Positions 10,533-21,058 of a stretch of DNA of 64,000 nucleotides are shown in pieces. The stretch is from Clostridiales bacterium (GTDB lineage: Bacteria > Bacillota > Clostridia > Monoglobales > WRBX01). The first letter of the stretch is position 1, and each line of letters begins with the position of its first letter. The stretch spans positions 2,122 to 66,121 of the forward strand of contig JAISIR010000008.1 of the NCBI GenBank assembly GCA_031261985.1, read 5' to 3'. The notes under the pieces are model-generated. The model was not told the origin of the DNA and searched no databases. It was given only the letters and a program-made list of their open reading frames with translations. The position numbers and the translations under genes are program-made.

Positions 10533-11956
10533 TGAATTACGAGACTGTCATTGGTTTAGAGGTTCATGCTGAGCTTAAAACTAAAACTAAAATTTATTGC
10601 GGATGTAGCACGGAATTTGGTGGCGAGGTTAATACTCACACTTGTCCAATTTGCGTGGGTTTCCCTGGCGTGCTTCCTGTTTTAAATAAACAAGTGGTAG
10701 AGTATGCTATCAAGGCGGGTTTGGCTACTAATTGCAACATTACCCCGGTTGGAAAGCAAGATAGAAAGAATTATTTTTACCCCGATTTACCTAAGGCGTA
10801 CCAGACTTCGCAATATGATTTGCCGATTTGTGTTGGAGGATATGTCGAGATAGAAACCGAGGACGGACCTAAGAAAATTCGTTTGACTAGGATTCATATT
10901 GAGGAAGACGCGGGTAAGCTTTTACATGATTTTGGCGAGGGGACGTTGGTCGATTATAATCGCGGCGGGGTGCCTTTGATAGAGATTGTGTCTGAGCCAG
11001 ATTTGCGCTCGAGCCAAGAAGCGCACACGTTTTTAGAGCAATTAAAAGCAATTTTAGAGTATACCGATGTAAGCGACTGTAAGATGCAAGAAGGGTCTTT
11101 GCGTTGCGATGTAAATGTATCGGTGCGTCCAGAGGGAGCGACGGAGTTCGGCATTAGGACGGAGATGAAAAACGTCAACTCGTTCCGTGCAGCGGTGCGA
11201 GCTATAGAGTACGAGAGTAAGCGACAGATTGCGGTGCTAGAGAATGGCGATGAGGTGACTCAAGAAACGCGACGTTGGGACGAGGCGAGCGGTAAAAGTG
11301 TGCCGATGCGTTCTAAGGAAGATGCGCAGGATTATAGGTACTTCCCAGAGCCTGACCTTGTGAATATTGTGATAGATGACGAGTGGGTGGCGCGTGTGCG
11401 TGAGACGTTGCCAGAGCTGCCACAAGCTAGGATTAAACGCTATATAGCCGACCTTGGTTTGACGGATTATGATGCTGGCTTAATTGCTTCTAATAAAAAA
11501 CTTGCCGTGCTATTTGAAGAGACGGTTGCACTTGGAGCTAAGCCTAAAGCTGTAAGCAACTGGATTTTGGGTGATGTATCGCGTATTCTAAACGAGCGTG
11601 ATATAGAACTAGATGAGAGCAAGTTGACTCCGCAAGCGTTAGCTAGTTTGATTGAGTTAATCGAAAAAGGGACGATTAGCAACAACGCTGGAAAGAAGGT
11701 ATTGCCTGATATTTTTGACGGTTGCGATGATGTGACTAAGCTGGTTGAAGAAAAAGGGTTAGTACAAATTAGTGATGATTCTGCCTTGATGGAGATTGTT
11801 ACTCAAGTTTTAGCGGATAATGAAAAATCTGTAAACGATTATAAAGGTGGAAACGAGCGCGCGATTGGATTTTTGGTTGGTCAATGTATGAAAGCTTCAA
11901 AAGGCAAGGGAAATCCACAGAAATTTAATGAATTGCTGAAGCAAAATCTTGGATAA
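10532..11956 (+). CDS. gatB: Asp/Glu-tRNA amidotransferase subunit B
   Basis: IGLEVHAEL, RKNYFYPDLPK, RIHIEEDAGK, EGSLRCDVNVS, YRYFPEPDL. Confidence 0.97.
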   Translation: MNYETVIGLEVHAELKTKTKIYCGCSTEFGGEVNTHTCPICVGFPGVLPVLNKQVVEYAIKAGLATNCNITPVGKQDRKNYFYPDLPKAYQTSQYDLPICVGGYVEIETEDGPKKIRLTRIHIEEDAGKLLHDFGEGTLVDYNRGGVPLIEIVSEPDLRSSQEAHTFLEQLKAILEYTDVSDCKMQEGSLRCDVNVSVRPEGATEFGIRTEMKNVNSFRAAVRAIEYESKRQIAVLENGDEVTQETRRWDEASGKSVPMRSKEDAQDYRYFPEPDLVNIVIDDEWVARVRETLPELPQARIKRYIADLGLTDYDAGLIASNKKLAVLFEETVALGAKPKAVSNWILGDVSRILNERDIELDESKLTPQALASLIELIEKGTISNNAGKKVLPDIFDGCDDVTKLVEEKGLVQISDDSALMEIVTQVLADNEKSVNDYKGGNERAIGFLVGQCMKASKGKGNPQKFNELLKQNLG

Positions 11957-12012
11957 GTTTGATGAGGAATAGCGATTGAAAACTTTAAAAACTACTAAAC
12001 GGAGAGAATTTT

Positions 12013-13167
12013 ATGTCTATTGTAGAGCAATTAAAAAATAGCGAGGTTGTTGGGTTTCGTCAACATTTTCATGCCTACCCTGAACTTTCTAATAGTGAAG
12101 AAAAAACAGCCGAATATATTGTAAAATTCCTATCTAACTTTGAAGGTTTAGAGTTTGCCAAGGGTGTAGCGGGTCATGGCGTTGTGGTGGATATTAATGC
12201 GCCAGGTGCTACTAAAACATTGCTTATGCGCGCGGATATGGATGCGTTGCCGATTGAAGAAAAGAATAATGTGACGTATAAATCTAGGAATAAAGGCATA
12301 ATGCACGCGTGTGGGCATGATGCGCACATGGCAATTTTAATGGGCGTTATAAAGTCGCTAATGGCGCAGGCGGATAAACTTAAAGTTAATGTAAGGTTTG
12401 TGTTTCAACCAGCCGAAGAAGGTGGCGGTGGTGCCGCAAACATGATTAAAGCAGGCGTTTTAGGCGATAATGTAGTGGCGGCAATTGCTTTACACATGTT
12501 CCCTGATATTCCTTGTGGAATGATTGGGCTGAAAAAAGGTGCAATAATGGCATCTGTCGACGAGTTTGTGCTGACGATGAATGGGGTAGGCGGGCACGGT
12601 GCGACGCCAGAGAAAACAAGTGTTTTGCCTTATGTTGCATCGCAGGTGGTTAACGGGTTGTACTCTATGGTGCCACGAAAGTTTGCGCCGACCGAGAATT
12701 CGTTGCTTTCGGTGACAAGTATCGATTGTAAATCGTCTAATAACGTTATGCCGACCGAATGCGTTATAGAGGGTTCTATGCGTAATTTTACCAATTACGC
12801 GCGCGATTTAATGCCTGTGTATGCTGAGCAATTTGTAGGTTGCACGTGCGCGGGGCTAGATGTCGATTATAAGTTTGATGTCGCAAGGTTGTACCCTCCA
12901 CTTATAAATAACGGTGCAATGGTGGACGAGCTAGAAAAGGTTGTTCATAAAATGGCGAAGCCTTATTATTTAGATGCGCCGCTTATGATTAGTGAGGATT
13001 TTGCGTTCTTTGCAGAGTATGTGCCATCGGTATTTGCGCTTTTAGGGTGCGGAAATAAGGCTAAAGGCATTAACAAACCATTGCATTCTGATGAGTTTAA
13101 TATAGATGAGGATTCGTTGGATATTGGCGTAAAAATGTTGGTGCAATTTGCGCTAAATTTTAAATAA
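12013..13167 (+). CDS. M20D-family amidohydrolase
   Basis: RADMDALP, HACGHDAH, FQPAEEG, SEDF, LHS. Substrate cannot be assigned. Confidence 0.88.
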   Translation: MSIVEQLKNSEVVGFRQHFHAYPELSNSEEKTAEYIVKFLSNFEGLEFAKGVAGHGVVVDINAPGATKTLLMRADMDALPIEEKNNVTYKSRNKGIMHACGHDAHMAILMGVIKSLMAQADKLKVNVRFVFQPAEEGGGGAANMIKAGVLGDNVVAAIALHMFPDIPCGMIGLKKGAIMASVDEFVLTMNGVGGHGATPEKTSVLPYVASQVVNGLYSMVPRKFAPTENSLLSVTSIDCKSSNNVMPTECVIEGSMRNFTNYARDLMPVYAEQFVGCTCAGLDVDYKFDVARLYPPLINNGAMVDELEKVVHKMAKPYYLDAPLMISEDFAFFAEYVPSVFALLGCGNKAKGINKPLHSDEFNIDEDSLDIGVKMLVQFALNFK

Positions 13168-13177
13168 AGAGGCATAA

Positions 13178-14557
13178 ATGGAGAATAATAGTTTACATAA
13201 TTCATACGATTGCATAGTAATTGGCGGTGGTTCTAGCGGGTTAATGGCGGCGGGTATGATAAAAAAGATTAGACGCGATGATTTTGGCGGGGATAGCACC
13301 GTGGGGCTTGATTTTGAACCGCTGAATGTGCTTTTGCTTGAGCGGACAGCTAGGTTGGGGAATAAGCTGAGAATCACTGGCAAAGGCAGGTGCAACCTAA
13401 CAAATTCTGCTGATGGTGCCGAGTTTTTTGACAATATTTGCACTAATTCTAGTTTTTTTAGAAGTGCGTTTGCGATGTTTGATAATGCCGACACTATGAA
13501 CTTTTTTGAAAATTTGGGAGTTCCTTTGAAAGTTGAGCGCGGCAATAGGGTTTTTCCTAAAAGTGACAGTTCGCATGATATTGCAAACGCGTTGATTAAC
13601 TTTAATAGCGATAATAAAGTTGAAGTTAAGTATAATTGTGATGTTCAATCGCTTATTTTTGAGGAAACATCTGACGATTTGATTGATTTAGATGGTGCGA
13701 TTAAACATAAACAGACTAAAAAAGTTATCGGTGTAAAGCTTGCAAATGGTGAGCAAATTTTTGCCGACAAAGTGGTAATTGCGACAGGCGGTAAAAGCTA
13801 TCCTAAAACAGGGTCGATTGGTGGCGGTTATTTATTAGCAGAAAGTGTGGGGCATAAAATTATCCCGCCTATGCCTGCCTTGGTACCGTTAGTGGCGGAA
13901 GAAAAATGGGTTGCTTCGCTTTTAGGGCTTTCGTTAAAAAATGTTGAGGTTTCGTTTATTAGTAGCAATAAAAATCCAGGAGCTTCCAATAAAAATCATC
14001 GTGAAAAACAGAATAAACTTTTTGGCGAGATGATATTTACGCATTTTGGAGTTAGTGGTCCGATAATACTTTCGGCTAGCAGCTTAATTAAGGAGTTTCC
14101 TGCAAAAATTAGCATCGATTTAAAGCCTGCGCTAACGGATGAGATGTTATACAAGCGTATTACTAAAGATTTTGATGAATTCAAGAATCGTGATTTGATT
14201 AATGCTTTGGGCAAGTTGCTTCCGCTTAAGTTGATTCCTGTTATCATACAACTATCTAGGATTGATGCGCGTACAAAGGTTAATTCGATAACTAAAGAAC
14301 AGAAAAATAAGCTAGTTAATTTGATTAAAAATTTAACTATTACAATATCTAAGACGCGTGGGATAGATGAGGGGATAATTACTTGTGGCGGGGTAGATGT
14401 GAAAGAAATCAACCCTAAGACTATGGAGAGTAAGCTGTGCAAGGGGCTATATTTTAGCGGTGAGGTAATGGATATTGATGCGCTGACGGGTGGGTTTAAT
14501 TTGCAGATTGCGTTTTCGACTGGTGTGGCTGCAGCCCGCGCGATTGCTGATGTTTAA
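13178..14557 (+). CDS. HI0933/BaiN-family flavoprotein
   Basis: VIGGGSSGLMAA, GNKLRITGKGRCNLTN, ATGGKSYP, FTHFGVSGP, GEVMDIDALTGGFNLQ. Confidence 0.92.
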   Translation: MENNSLHNSYDCIVIGGGSSGLMAAGMIKKIRRDDFGGDSTVGLDFEPLNVLLLERTARLGNKLRITGKGRCNLTNSADGAEFFDNICTNSSFFRSAFAMFDNADTMNFFENLGVPLKVERGNRVFPKSDSSHDIANALINFNSDNKVEVKYNCDVQSLIFEETSDDLIDLDGAIKHKQTKKVIGVKLANGEQIFADKVVIATGGKSYPKTGSIGGGYLLAESVGHKIIPPMPALVPLVAEEKWVASLLGLSLKNVEVSFISSNKNPGASNKNHREKQNKLFGEMIFTHFGVSGPIILSASSLIKEFPAKISIDLKPALTDEMLYKRITKDFDEFKNRDLINALGKLLPLKLIPVIIQLSRIDARTKVNSITKEQKNKLVNLIKNLTITISKTRGIDEGIITCGGVDVKEINPKTMESKLCKGLYFSGEVMDIDALTGGFNLQIAFSTGVAAARAIADV

Positions 14558-14695
14558 AGGTATCGTGGAGTAATTACGCAAACAGTTTCATACTTTATTC
14601 AAAAATGCAAACGCTATATTAGGTTAAATTTTGAATATATCTGCCGAATTTTAAATATACTATATGTACTTGAATTTTTATACCAAATTTTTTTC

Positions 14696-14724
14696 TTGAC
14701 TAAATTTTTAATTTATGATATAAA
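14696..14724 (+). promoter_or_regulatory. sigma-A promoter for trxA
   Basis: TTGACT-N17-TATAAA with extended TG. Confidence 0.6.
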
Positions 14725-14789
14725 ATATATGTTGGTAGTTTATCCAGAAATTGGGTAATATTGCTTACTTTAAAAACGAGGTGCTACAC

Positions 14790-15116
14790 ATGAATACCTT
14801 TATAATAGAGGGAACTGAAAAGAATTTTGACGAGATTACCGCGCAAAAAGACAAGCCTGTTCTAGTCGATTTTTGGGCTGAATGGTGCGGACCTTGCAGA
14901 ATGCTTTCACCGATTATCGATAAAGTTGCCGAGAAAATGAATGACAAAGCTGTTGTATGCAAGGTGAATATCGACGAAAATCCTAACATAGCAAGCAAGT
15001 TCGGAATCATGAGTATTCCTACTTTAATTGTGTTTAAAGATGGCGAAGTTGTCGAGCAAGAGACTGGCGCGCGACCTGAGTCTGCGATAGTACAATTGAT
15101 AGAGGCACATTTGTAG
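14790..15116 (+). CDS. trxA: Thioredoxin
   Basis: DFWAEWCGPC, SIPTL; ATG at 14790 after GAGGT. Confidence 0.95.
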   Translation: MNTFIIEGTEKNFDEITAQKDKPVLVDFWAEWCGPCRMLSPIIDKVAEKMNDKAVVCKVNIDENPNIASKFGIMSIPTLIVFKDGEVVEQETGARPESAIVQLIEAHL

Positions 15117-15182
15117 AAGTTTGTGCTTAGCGGTTGATAGACGTTTGCAAAACTAATTATATTTGATAAAGGACATGATTTA

Positions 15183-15614
15183 ATGGCTGGTAAGGCGATT
15201 TTTCGTAAAAGTTTTAGGGGATATAAAGTTGCAGATGTAAATAAATATTTAGATGATATTATCCGCGATTATTACAAGGTTATCGCCGATAAAGATGCGG
15301 AAATTGCACGTTTAAAAGAGCAAAATTCTGCTAGTGCTAAGGCTTCTAAAATAGCTAACGAGCAAATTAAAGATGTGCATGAGAAGGCGAAATACATAAT
15401 CACGACAGCCGAGCTTGAAGCAAGGGGGATTATTGCGCAGGCGAATTCTGATGCGATTGTGCGTCAGCAAGAGTTGCAACAGCAGATATCGTCGCAACAG
15501 ACTAAGTTGAAGATTTTGCAGGCAGAGCTTGCGGGGCTTAAAAAGTTGGCGAAGAGTAGCTTGCAAAAGTTTGAGGACGAGATTGATAAGTTGCATGTTG
15601 AAGAAGCGGTGTAG
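15183..15614 (+). CDS. DivIVA-domain coiled-coil protein
   Basis: FRKSFRGYKVADVNKYLD N-terminus followed by a coiled coil. Confidence 0.75.
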   Translation: MAGKAIFRKSFRGYKVADVNKYLDDIIRDYYKVIADKDAEIARLKEQNSASAKASKIANEQIKDVHEKAKYIITTAELEARGIIAQANSDAIVRQQELQQQISSQQTKLKILQAELAGLKKLAKSSLQKFEDEIDKLHVEEAV

Positions 15615-15664
15615 ATTATTGCTTGCTTGAGGAAATTTAAATATATTTTTAAACAAATGAGTTG

Positions 15665-16489
15665 CTACTCATTTGTTTTTCTTATTTTGCCAATAATCCA
15701 GAAGATAATGAACATAAAAATATTGGCGGCGACGACGCTTGCGCCAGAGGGCGTGCTATAAATGTAAGAGCTGCACATTCCTATCAAAAAGCAAATGACG
15801 GAAATTATTGCTGAGCATAGGGTTACGCTGATGAATTTTTTGCATATCCGCATGGAGGTAAGGGCGGGGAAGATGATTAAGCAAGATATCAACAGCGCGC
15901 CCATTAAGCGCATACCCAAAACGACGGTAATGGCGGTTAAAAGGGCGATTAGCATATTATAAAGACCAACTTTTGTACCGGTTGCGCGGGCGAAGTTTTC
16001 GTCGAAAGTGACGGAAAAAATGCGCTTGTAAAACACGATGTATAACACCAAAATTATTGCAGATAGCGAGACGGAAAGAACGACATCGCTTGTAGATATT
16101 GCTAAAATGCTGCCGAACATATAGTTGTAGACATCGGTGTTTGCGCCAGTGCTAAGCGAGATGATAATCACGCCGATGGCAAGGCTGCTGGTGGATATTA
16201 AGGCGAGCATTGCATCGCCTTTTATTTTACTATTTTCACTTAGACGAAGGACGAAAAACGCTGCCAAAACCACGATTGGGATAGCCACTAATAAAGGTGC
16301 CTGGTGAAGGGCGGTTGCAATTGCGAGCGCGCCAAACCCGACGTGAGAAAGAGAATCGCCTATCATGGAATATCGTTTTAAAACTAAGCTAACGCCTAGT
16401 AATGATGAGCAAAGGGCGACCAAAACCCCTACCACAAAGGCGCGGAGTATAAAGGTGAATGTAAACATCTCGGTTATTATTTCTAACAT
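15665..16489 (-). CDS. Zn/Mn ABC transporter permease (ZnuB/AdcB family)
   Basis: GDSLSHVGFG, YMFGSIL, GALLIS; multi-TM. Confidence 0.9.
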   Translation of the reverse strand: MLEIITEMFTFTFILRAFVVGVLVALCSSLLGVSLVLKRYSMIGDSLSHVGFGALAIATALHQAPLLVAIPIVVLAAFFVLRLSENSKIKGDAMLALISTSSLAIGVIIISLSTGANTDVYNYMFGSILAISTSDVVLSVSLSAIILVLYIVFYKRIFSVTFDENFARATGTKVGLYNMLIALLTAITVVLGMRLMGALLISCLIIFPALTSMRICKKFISVTLCSAIISVICFLIGMCSSYIYSTPSGASVVAANIFMFIIFWIIGKIRKTNE

Positions 16490-16535
16490 TTATTACACTT
16501 CCTTTTGTGAAAAATACTGAATGAATCAAGGGTTT

Positions 16536-17240
16536 TTAAACGTTGCCGCCGACGATGTGGTTATGATTGGCGTTGCATCCGATAAATTTTTGACCGATTT
16601 CTGTTTTATGATATTGGCTTTTTGTGCCAAAAAACTGTTGCTTTTTTGCTAGGTGAAGAATTGTTTTGCTATAATTAATTGCGCAAATATCATGCGAAAC
16701 CATGATAATTGTGATTCCGTCGTTATTTAAAGCGGTTATTAAATCGTACATCTCGTTTGTTGCAAGAGGGTCTAGCCCCGAGACAGGCTCATCTAAAATT
16801 AGAAGCTCTTTGGTAGAACATAAGGCGCGGGCAAGTAAAACGCGCTGCTGTTGACCGCCGCTTAAATCACGATAGCATTTGTTTTTTAATGAAAGAACGC
16901 CTAGTTTAGATAAGTTTTCGGTGGCACGCAGGCGGTCTTTTTTTGTGGTGAAAAGGGTGTTAAATCCAGATAGCACAATCTCGAAAACGGATGCAGGGAA
17001 ATCTTTTTGAACGATAGTTTGTTGAGGGAGATAGCCCCATTTATCGCTTCTATTTATATTTAATTTGCCTGTCATGGGCTTTTTTAAACCAAGCAAACCT
17101 TTAATTAAAGTAGATTTACCTGCGCCATTCTCACCCAAGACGCATAAATAATCGCCTTTGTTAACTTTAAAATTTAGGTTAGAAATTGCAAATTTGCCTT
17201 CGTACCCAAACGCGACATCATTGCAAGAAATTATGCTCAT
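16536..17240 (-). CDS. Zn/Mn ABC transporter ATPase (ZnuC/AdcC family)
   Basis: GENGAGKST, LSGGQQQR, ILDEP, His-containing tail; probable start MSIISC at 17240. Confidence 0.9.
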   Translation of the reverse strand: MSIISCNDVAFGYEGKFAISNLNFKVNKGDYLCVLGENGAGKSTLIKGLLGLKKPMTGKLNINRSDKWGYLPQQTIVQKDFPASVFEIVLSGFNTLFTTKKDRLRATENLSKLGVLSLKNKCYRDLSGGQQQRVLLARALCSTKELLILDEPVSGLDPLATNEMYDLITALNNDGITIIMVSHDICAINYSKTILHLAKKQQFFGTKSQYHKTEIGQKFIGCNANHNHIVGGNV

Positions 17241-17270
17241 ATAACTACCTTCTCCCAAGAATCTACTTGT

Positions 17271-17299
17271 ATTATATATCAAAAAAATGTATCTGTCAA
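17271..17299 (-). promoter_or_regulatory. sigma-A promoter for the metal ABC genes
   Basis: Perfect TTGACA-N17-TATAAT on the minus strand. Confidence 0.8.
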
Positions 17300-17320
17300 A
17301 CAAAAAATTTTAAAAAAGAC

Positions 17321-17348
17321 TTGACAAATTTAAAAAAAAGTATATAAT
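17321..17348 (+). promoter_or_regulatory. sigma-A promoter of the hrcA-dnaK operon
   Basis: TTGACA-N16-TATAAT. Confidence 0.75.
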
Positions 17349-17361
17349 ATATATAGATGAG

Positions 17362-17388
17362 TTAGCACTCGAGCAAATAAAGTGCTAA
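17362..17388 (+). promoter_or_regulatory. CIRCE operator (HrcA site)
   Basis: TTAGCACTC-N9-AAGTGCTAA, one mismatch to the consensus, upstream of hrcA. Confidence 0.93.
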
Positions 17389-17446
17389 TAACACTAAAAA
17401 AGCTAGGGAAATACAATGTTCGACAATGAAAGAGAGGTGAGTAGTT

Positions 17447-18493
17447 ATGGAAATTGACCCACGTAAAAAGCAAATTTTGCACGCCATAATCGAAAGTTAT
17501 ATCGAAACAGGTGAGCCAGTTGGTTCCAGAACTCTATCTAAAATTGATGGATTTACCTACTCGCCTGCGACTATTAGAAACGAGATGTCTGACCTTGAAG
17601 ATTTAGGGCTGTTAGAGCAACCACATATTTCGGCAGGCAGGATTCCGACGGATTTAGGGTATAGGTTTTACGTCGACCAACTAATGCATAAAAATGAGCT
17701 TAACCCTAATGAAATTAGCTTTTTAAACAGTGCTATTGATGATAGAGTTAGACAAATTGACTCGTTGCTTGGTGATATTGCTAAAATGTACACAAAAGTT
17801 AGTCAATATACAATTTTCACTCAAGCTCCTACGCGGATTCAATCGATTATAACAGATTTAGATATTATCCCGCTGAATTCTGAATATATATTGCTAGTTG
17901 TCGCTACTAATGATAAATCTGTCAAAACGACGCAAGTTAAGACGGATAAGCCATATACGATTCAGATGATTGAGCGGTTATCGGGCGCGTTAAAGCATGC
18001 GTTTATAGGTAAAGATTTAAGTGATATAACGCTTGACAAGTTAAAGGATATTCAGACTCGCGTGTTTGCCACCGATAATTACTTGCCATCGGTATTAGAT
18101 GTTTTATTTAGCAGGTTAAAAAATGATTATAAATCCTCGTTTCACCTGCGTGGGGCGGCTAATTTGCTTAACTTCCCTGATTATAACAATATCGCCCAGG
18201 TGCGAGATTTAATCAGCTTTTTAGATGATGAAGAAAACTTGATTGACGTAATTAATTCGGTTAAGGACCCCGACGATAACGACGAGATTTATATAACTAT
18301 CGGCAAGGAAAATCGGCGTGATGAGCTTAAAGGGTCATCGGTTGTGATTTCTAAGTATAAAACCGCCGATAATCGCGTGGGAGCAATTGGTTTGATAGGA
18401 CCTACGCGAATGAATTATGCAAAAGAGATATCGTTTTTAGATTATATTAGCAAAAAATTAGAGAGCTTAGAAAAAGGAGATGATAATAAATGA
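17447..18493 (+). CDS. hrcA: Heat-inducible transcription repressor HrcA
   Basis: YIETGEPVGSRTL, SPATIRNEM, HISAGRIPTDLGYRFYVD, IGPTRMNY. Confidence 0.97.
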   Translation: MEIDPRKKQILHAIIESYIETGEPVGSRTLSKIDGFTYSPATIRNEMSDLEDLGLLEQPHISAGRIPTDLGYRFYVDQLMHKNELNPNEISFLNSAIDDRVRQIDSLLGDIAKMYTKVSQYTIFTQAPTRIQSIITDLDIIPLNSEYILLVVATNDKSVKTTQVKTDKPYTIQMIERLSGALKHAFIGKDLSDITLDKLKDIQTRVFATDNYLPSVLDVLFSRLKNDYKSSFHLRGAANLLNFPDYNNIAQVRDLISFLDDEENLIDVINSVKDPDDNDEIYITIGKENRRDELKGSSVVISKYKTADNRVGAIGLIGPTRMNYAKEISFLDYISKKLESLEKGDDNK

Positions 18494-19071
18494 TGCAAGA
18501 TGTTAATAAAGAAAACATTTCTGAAGTTGTGGAAAATGTTGAGGTTGTTCAGATTGAATCTGATATGAATAGTGATGATTCTGCAAACGATAATGCGAAA
18601 GCAAAAAAATCTGTTAGAAGAGCAACCGTCAAAAAAAGTGAGGAGAAAACTGACGAAACTGATTATAAAAGTGCTTATTTAAGAACATTAGCGGATTTTG
18701 ATAACTTTAGAAAACGCATAGCTAAAGAGCGCGCTCAGCAAAAAGTTTCGACAGTTGCAGATGTTATCGCCGAAATTTTGCCGATTATGGATAGTATAAA
18801 TAATGCTATAACAGTTGCAGAAAATAGCGATGACGCCCCATTTAAAGAGGGGATGGAAGCTATTTTAAGGCAGGCGGATTCGTCGTTTACTAAGCTAGGA
18901 ATTAAACCCATTGATGCCGTTGGGAAGCAATTTGACCCGACGTTTCATAACGCTATTATGCACATCGATGATGAAAGTCATGGCGAAAACGAAGTTATCG
19001 AAGAGTTTAGTAAAGGTTACATAATTGATGATTATGTGATAAGGCATTCGATAGTTAAAGTTGCAAATTAA
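18490..19071 (+). CDS. grpE: Nucleotide exchange factor GrpE
   Basis: YLRTLADFDNFRKR, FDPTFHNAI, GY...IRHSIVKV. Confidence 0.95.
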   Translation: MMQDVNKENISEVVENVEVVQIESDMNSDDSANDNAKAKKSVRRATVKKSEEKTDETDYKSAYLRTLADFDNFRKRIAKERAQQKVSTVADVIAEILPIMDSINNAITVAENSDDAPFKEGMEAILRQADSSFTKLGIKPIDAVGKQFDPTFHNAIMHIDDESHGENEVIEEFSKGYIIDDYVIRHSIVKVAN

Positions 19072-19153
19072 AGGGATTTGCTTATGAAAATGTAATTATA
19101 ATATATCAAACAAAATACTAACAAAACTTACAAATAGAAAGGGAGTAATAATT

Positions 19154-20983
19154 ATGAGTAAAGTTATAGGTATCGATTTAGGTACAACAAATTCTTGCGT
19201 TGCAGTGCGCGAGGGTAACGAAAATGTAGTAATAGCCAATAGCGAGGGCGCGCGTACGACTCCGTCTGTTGTTGCGTTTACAAAGGATGGCGAGAGGTTA
19301 GTTGGGCAATTAGCTAAACGTCAGGCGGTTACTAACCCAGACGGAACTGTTAGCTCTATAAAACGTCATATGGGTTCGGATTATAAAGTTAAGGTTGATG
19401 GGAAAAATTACTCGCCGCAAGAGATTTCGGCGATGATTCTTCAAAAATTAAAGGCGGATGCTGAAGCGTATATAGGGCAAGATGTTACACAGGCGGTAAT
19501 TACGGTTCCTGCTTACTTTAGCGATGCGCAACGTCAGGCGACTAAAGATGCCGGCAAGATTGCAGGGCTAGAGGTGCTTAGGATTATCAACGAGCCGACG
19601 GCTGCCGCGCTTGCGTATGGCTTGGATAAAACCGATGCTGACCATAAAATTATGGTTTACGATTTAGGCGGTGGTACGTTTGATGTTTCTATCCTAGAAA
19701 TTGGCGATGGCGTGTTTGAAGTTTTAGCTACATCTGGTAACAACATGCTAGGCGGTGACGATTTTGATAAGAAAGTTATGGATTGGCTAGCAGATGAGTT
19801 TAAAAAGAGCGAGGGGATTGACCTTAGGAATGATAAAGTTGCCCTTCAACGTTTGACCGAGGCGGCTGAGAAGGCGAAAATCGAGCTATCTAGCAGCATG
19901 ACGACTAATATTAACCTTCCGTTTATAACTGCCGATAGTAGTGGACCTAAGCATTTGGATTTAAATCTATCGCGTGCTAAATTTGATGAATTGACTGCTG
20001 ACCTAGTTGAAAAAACGATGGAGCCTTGTAAACGCGCGCTTTCTGATGCAGGGTTAAGTGCTAACGATATCGCCAAGATTTTGCTAGTTGGTGGTTCAAC
20101 GCGTATCCCTGCTGTTCAAGATGCTGTTAAAAAATTGACAGGCAAAGACCCTGCTAAAAGTGTTAACCCTGATGAGTGTGTTGCGGTTGGCGCGGCTATT
20201 CAAGGTGGCGTTTTAGCTGGTGATGTAAAGGATTTAGTGTTATTAGATGTTACTCCGCTATCGCTTGGTGTAGAGGTTATGGGCGGAATTTGCGATGTAG
20301 TTATCGAGCGTAACACAACGATTCCTACCAAAAAAACTCGTGTTTACTCGACGGCGGCAGATGGGCAGCCAGGCGTTGAAATTCATATTCTTCAAGGTGA
20401 GCGCAAAATGGCGGCGGATAATAAGAGTATTGGTAGGTTTAATCTAACTGGAATCCCGCCTGCTCCTCGTGGCGTGCCGCAAATTGAGGTTACTTTTGAC
20501 ATTGACGAGAATGGTATTTTACATGTATCTGCTAAGGATTTAGCGACTAACAACGAGCAGAAAATTGCGATAACAGCAAGCACTAATATGAGTGATGCAG
20601 ATATTGACGCAGCTGTTAAAGATGCCGAGAAATTTGCTGACGAGGATAAGAAAAAGAAAGAACTTATAGAAGCTAAAAACGCTGCAGATAGCATGGTTTA
20701 CACTTGTGAGAAGACGCTTAAAGAAGTTGGCGACAAAGCAAGTGATGACGAGAAAAAGGCTATCGAAAGTGAAATTGCGGAACTTAAAAAAGCTGCTGAG
20801 GGCGACGATGTGGAGGCGATTAAGGCAGCGACCGAGAAGGTTACGCAAAAGTTCTATGATTTATCGTCTAAGTTGTATCAACAAGCGAACCCTGCAGAGG
20901 GCGCGGGTGCAGCCGAGGCAGGTGCGGAAAATGGCACAGAAGGCGACCCTGCAGATAATGTTGTTGACGTTGAAGAAGCGTAA
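19154..20983 (+). CDS. dnaK: Chaperone DnaK
   Basis: [31 protein letters not shown]. Confidence 0.99.
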   Translation: MSKVIGIDLGTTNSCVAVREGNENVVIANSEGARTTPSVVAFTKDGERLVGQLAKRQAVTNPDGTVSSIKRHMGSDYKVKVDGKNYSPQEISAMILQKLKADAEAYIGQDVTQAVITVPAYFSDAQRQATKDAGKIAGLEVLRIINEPTAAALAYGLDKTDADHKIMVYDLGGGTFDVSILEIGDGVFEVLATSGNNMLGGDDFDKKVMDWLADEFKKSEGIDLRNDKVALQRLTEAAEKAKIELSSSMTTNINLPFITADSSGPKHLDLNLSRAKFDELTADLVEKTMEPCKRALSDAGLSANDIAKILLVGGSTRIPAVQDAVKKLTGKDPAKSVNPDECVAVGAAIQGGVLAGDVKDLVLLDVTPLSLGVEVMGGICDVVIERNTTIPTKKTRVYSTAADGQPGVEIHILQGERKMAADNKSIGRFNLTGIPPAPRGVPQIEVTFDIDENGILHVSAKDLATNNEQKIAITASTNMSDADIDAAVKDAEKFADEDKKKKELIEAKNAADSMVYTCEKTLKEVGDKASDDEKKAIESEIAELKKAAEGDDVEAIKAATEKVTQKFYDLSSKLYQQANPAEGAGAAEAGAENGTEGDPADNVVDVEEA

Positions 20984-21058
20984 AAAGAAAATGAAGAATT
21001 GAGAATTGAGAATGATTGAAATAAATTCTCGATAAATCTCGAATTAAATAAAAAACCC

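Noticed and set aside
13153-14442. Minus-strand ORFs of 130 and 148 aa
   Set aside because: Antisense to the HI0933 flavoprotein; Ser/Ile/Phe-rich shadow composition.
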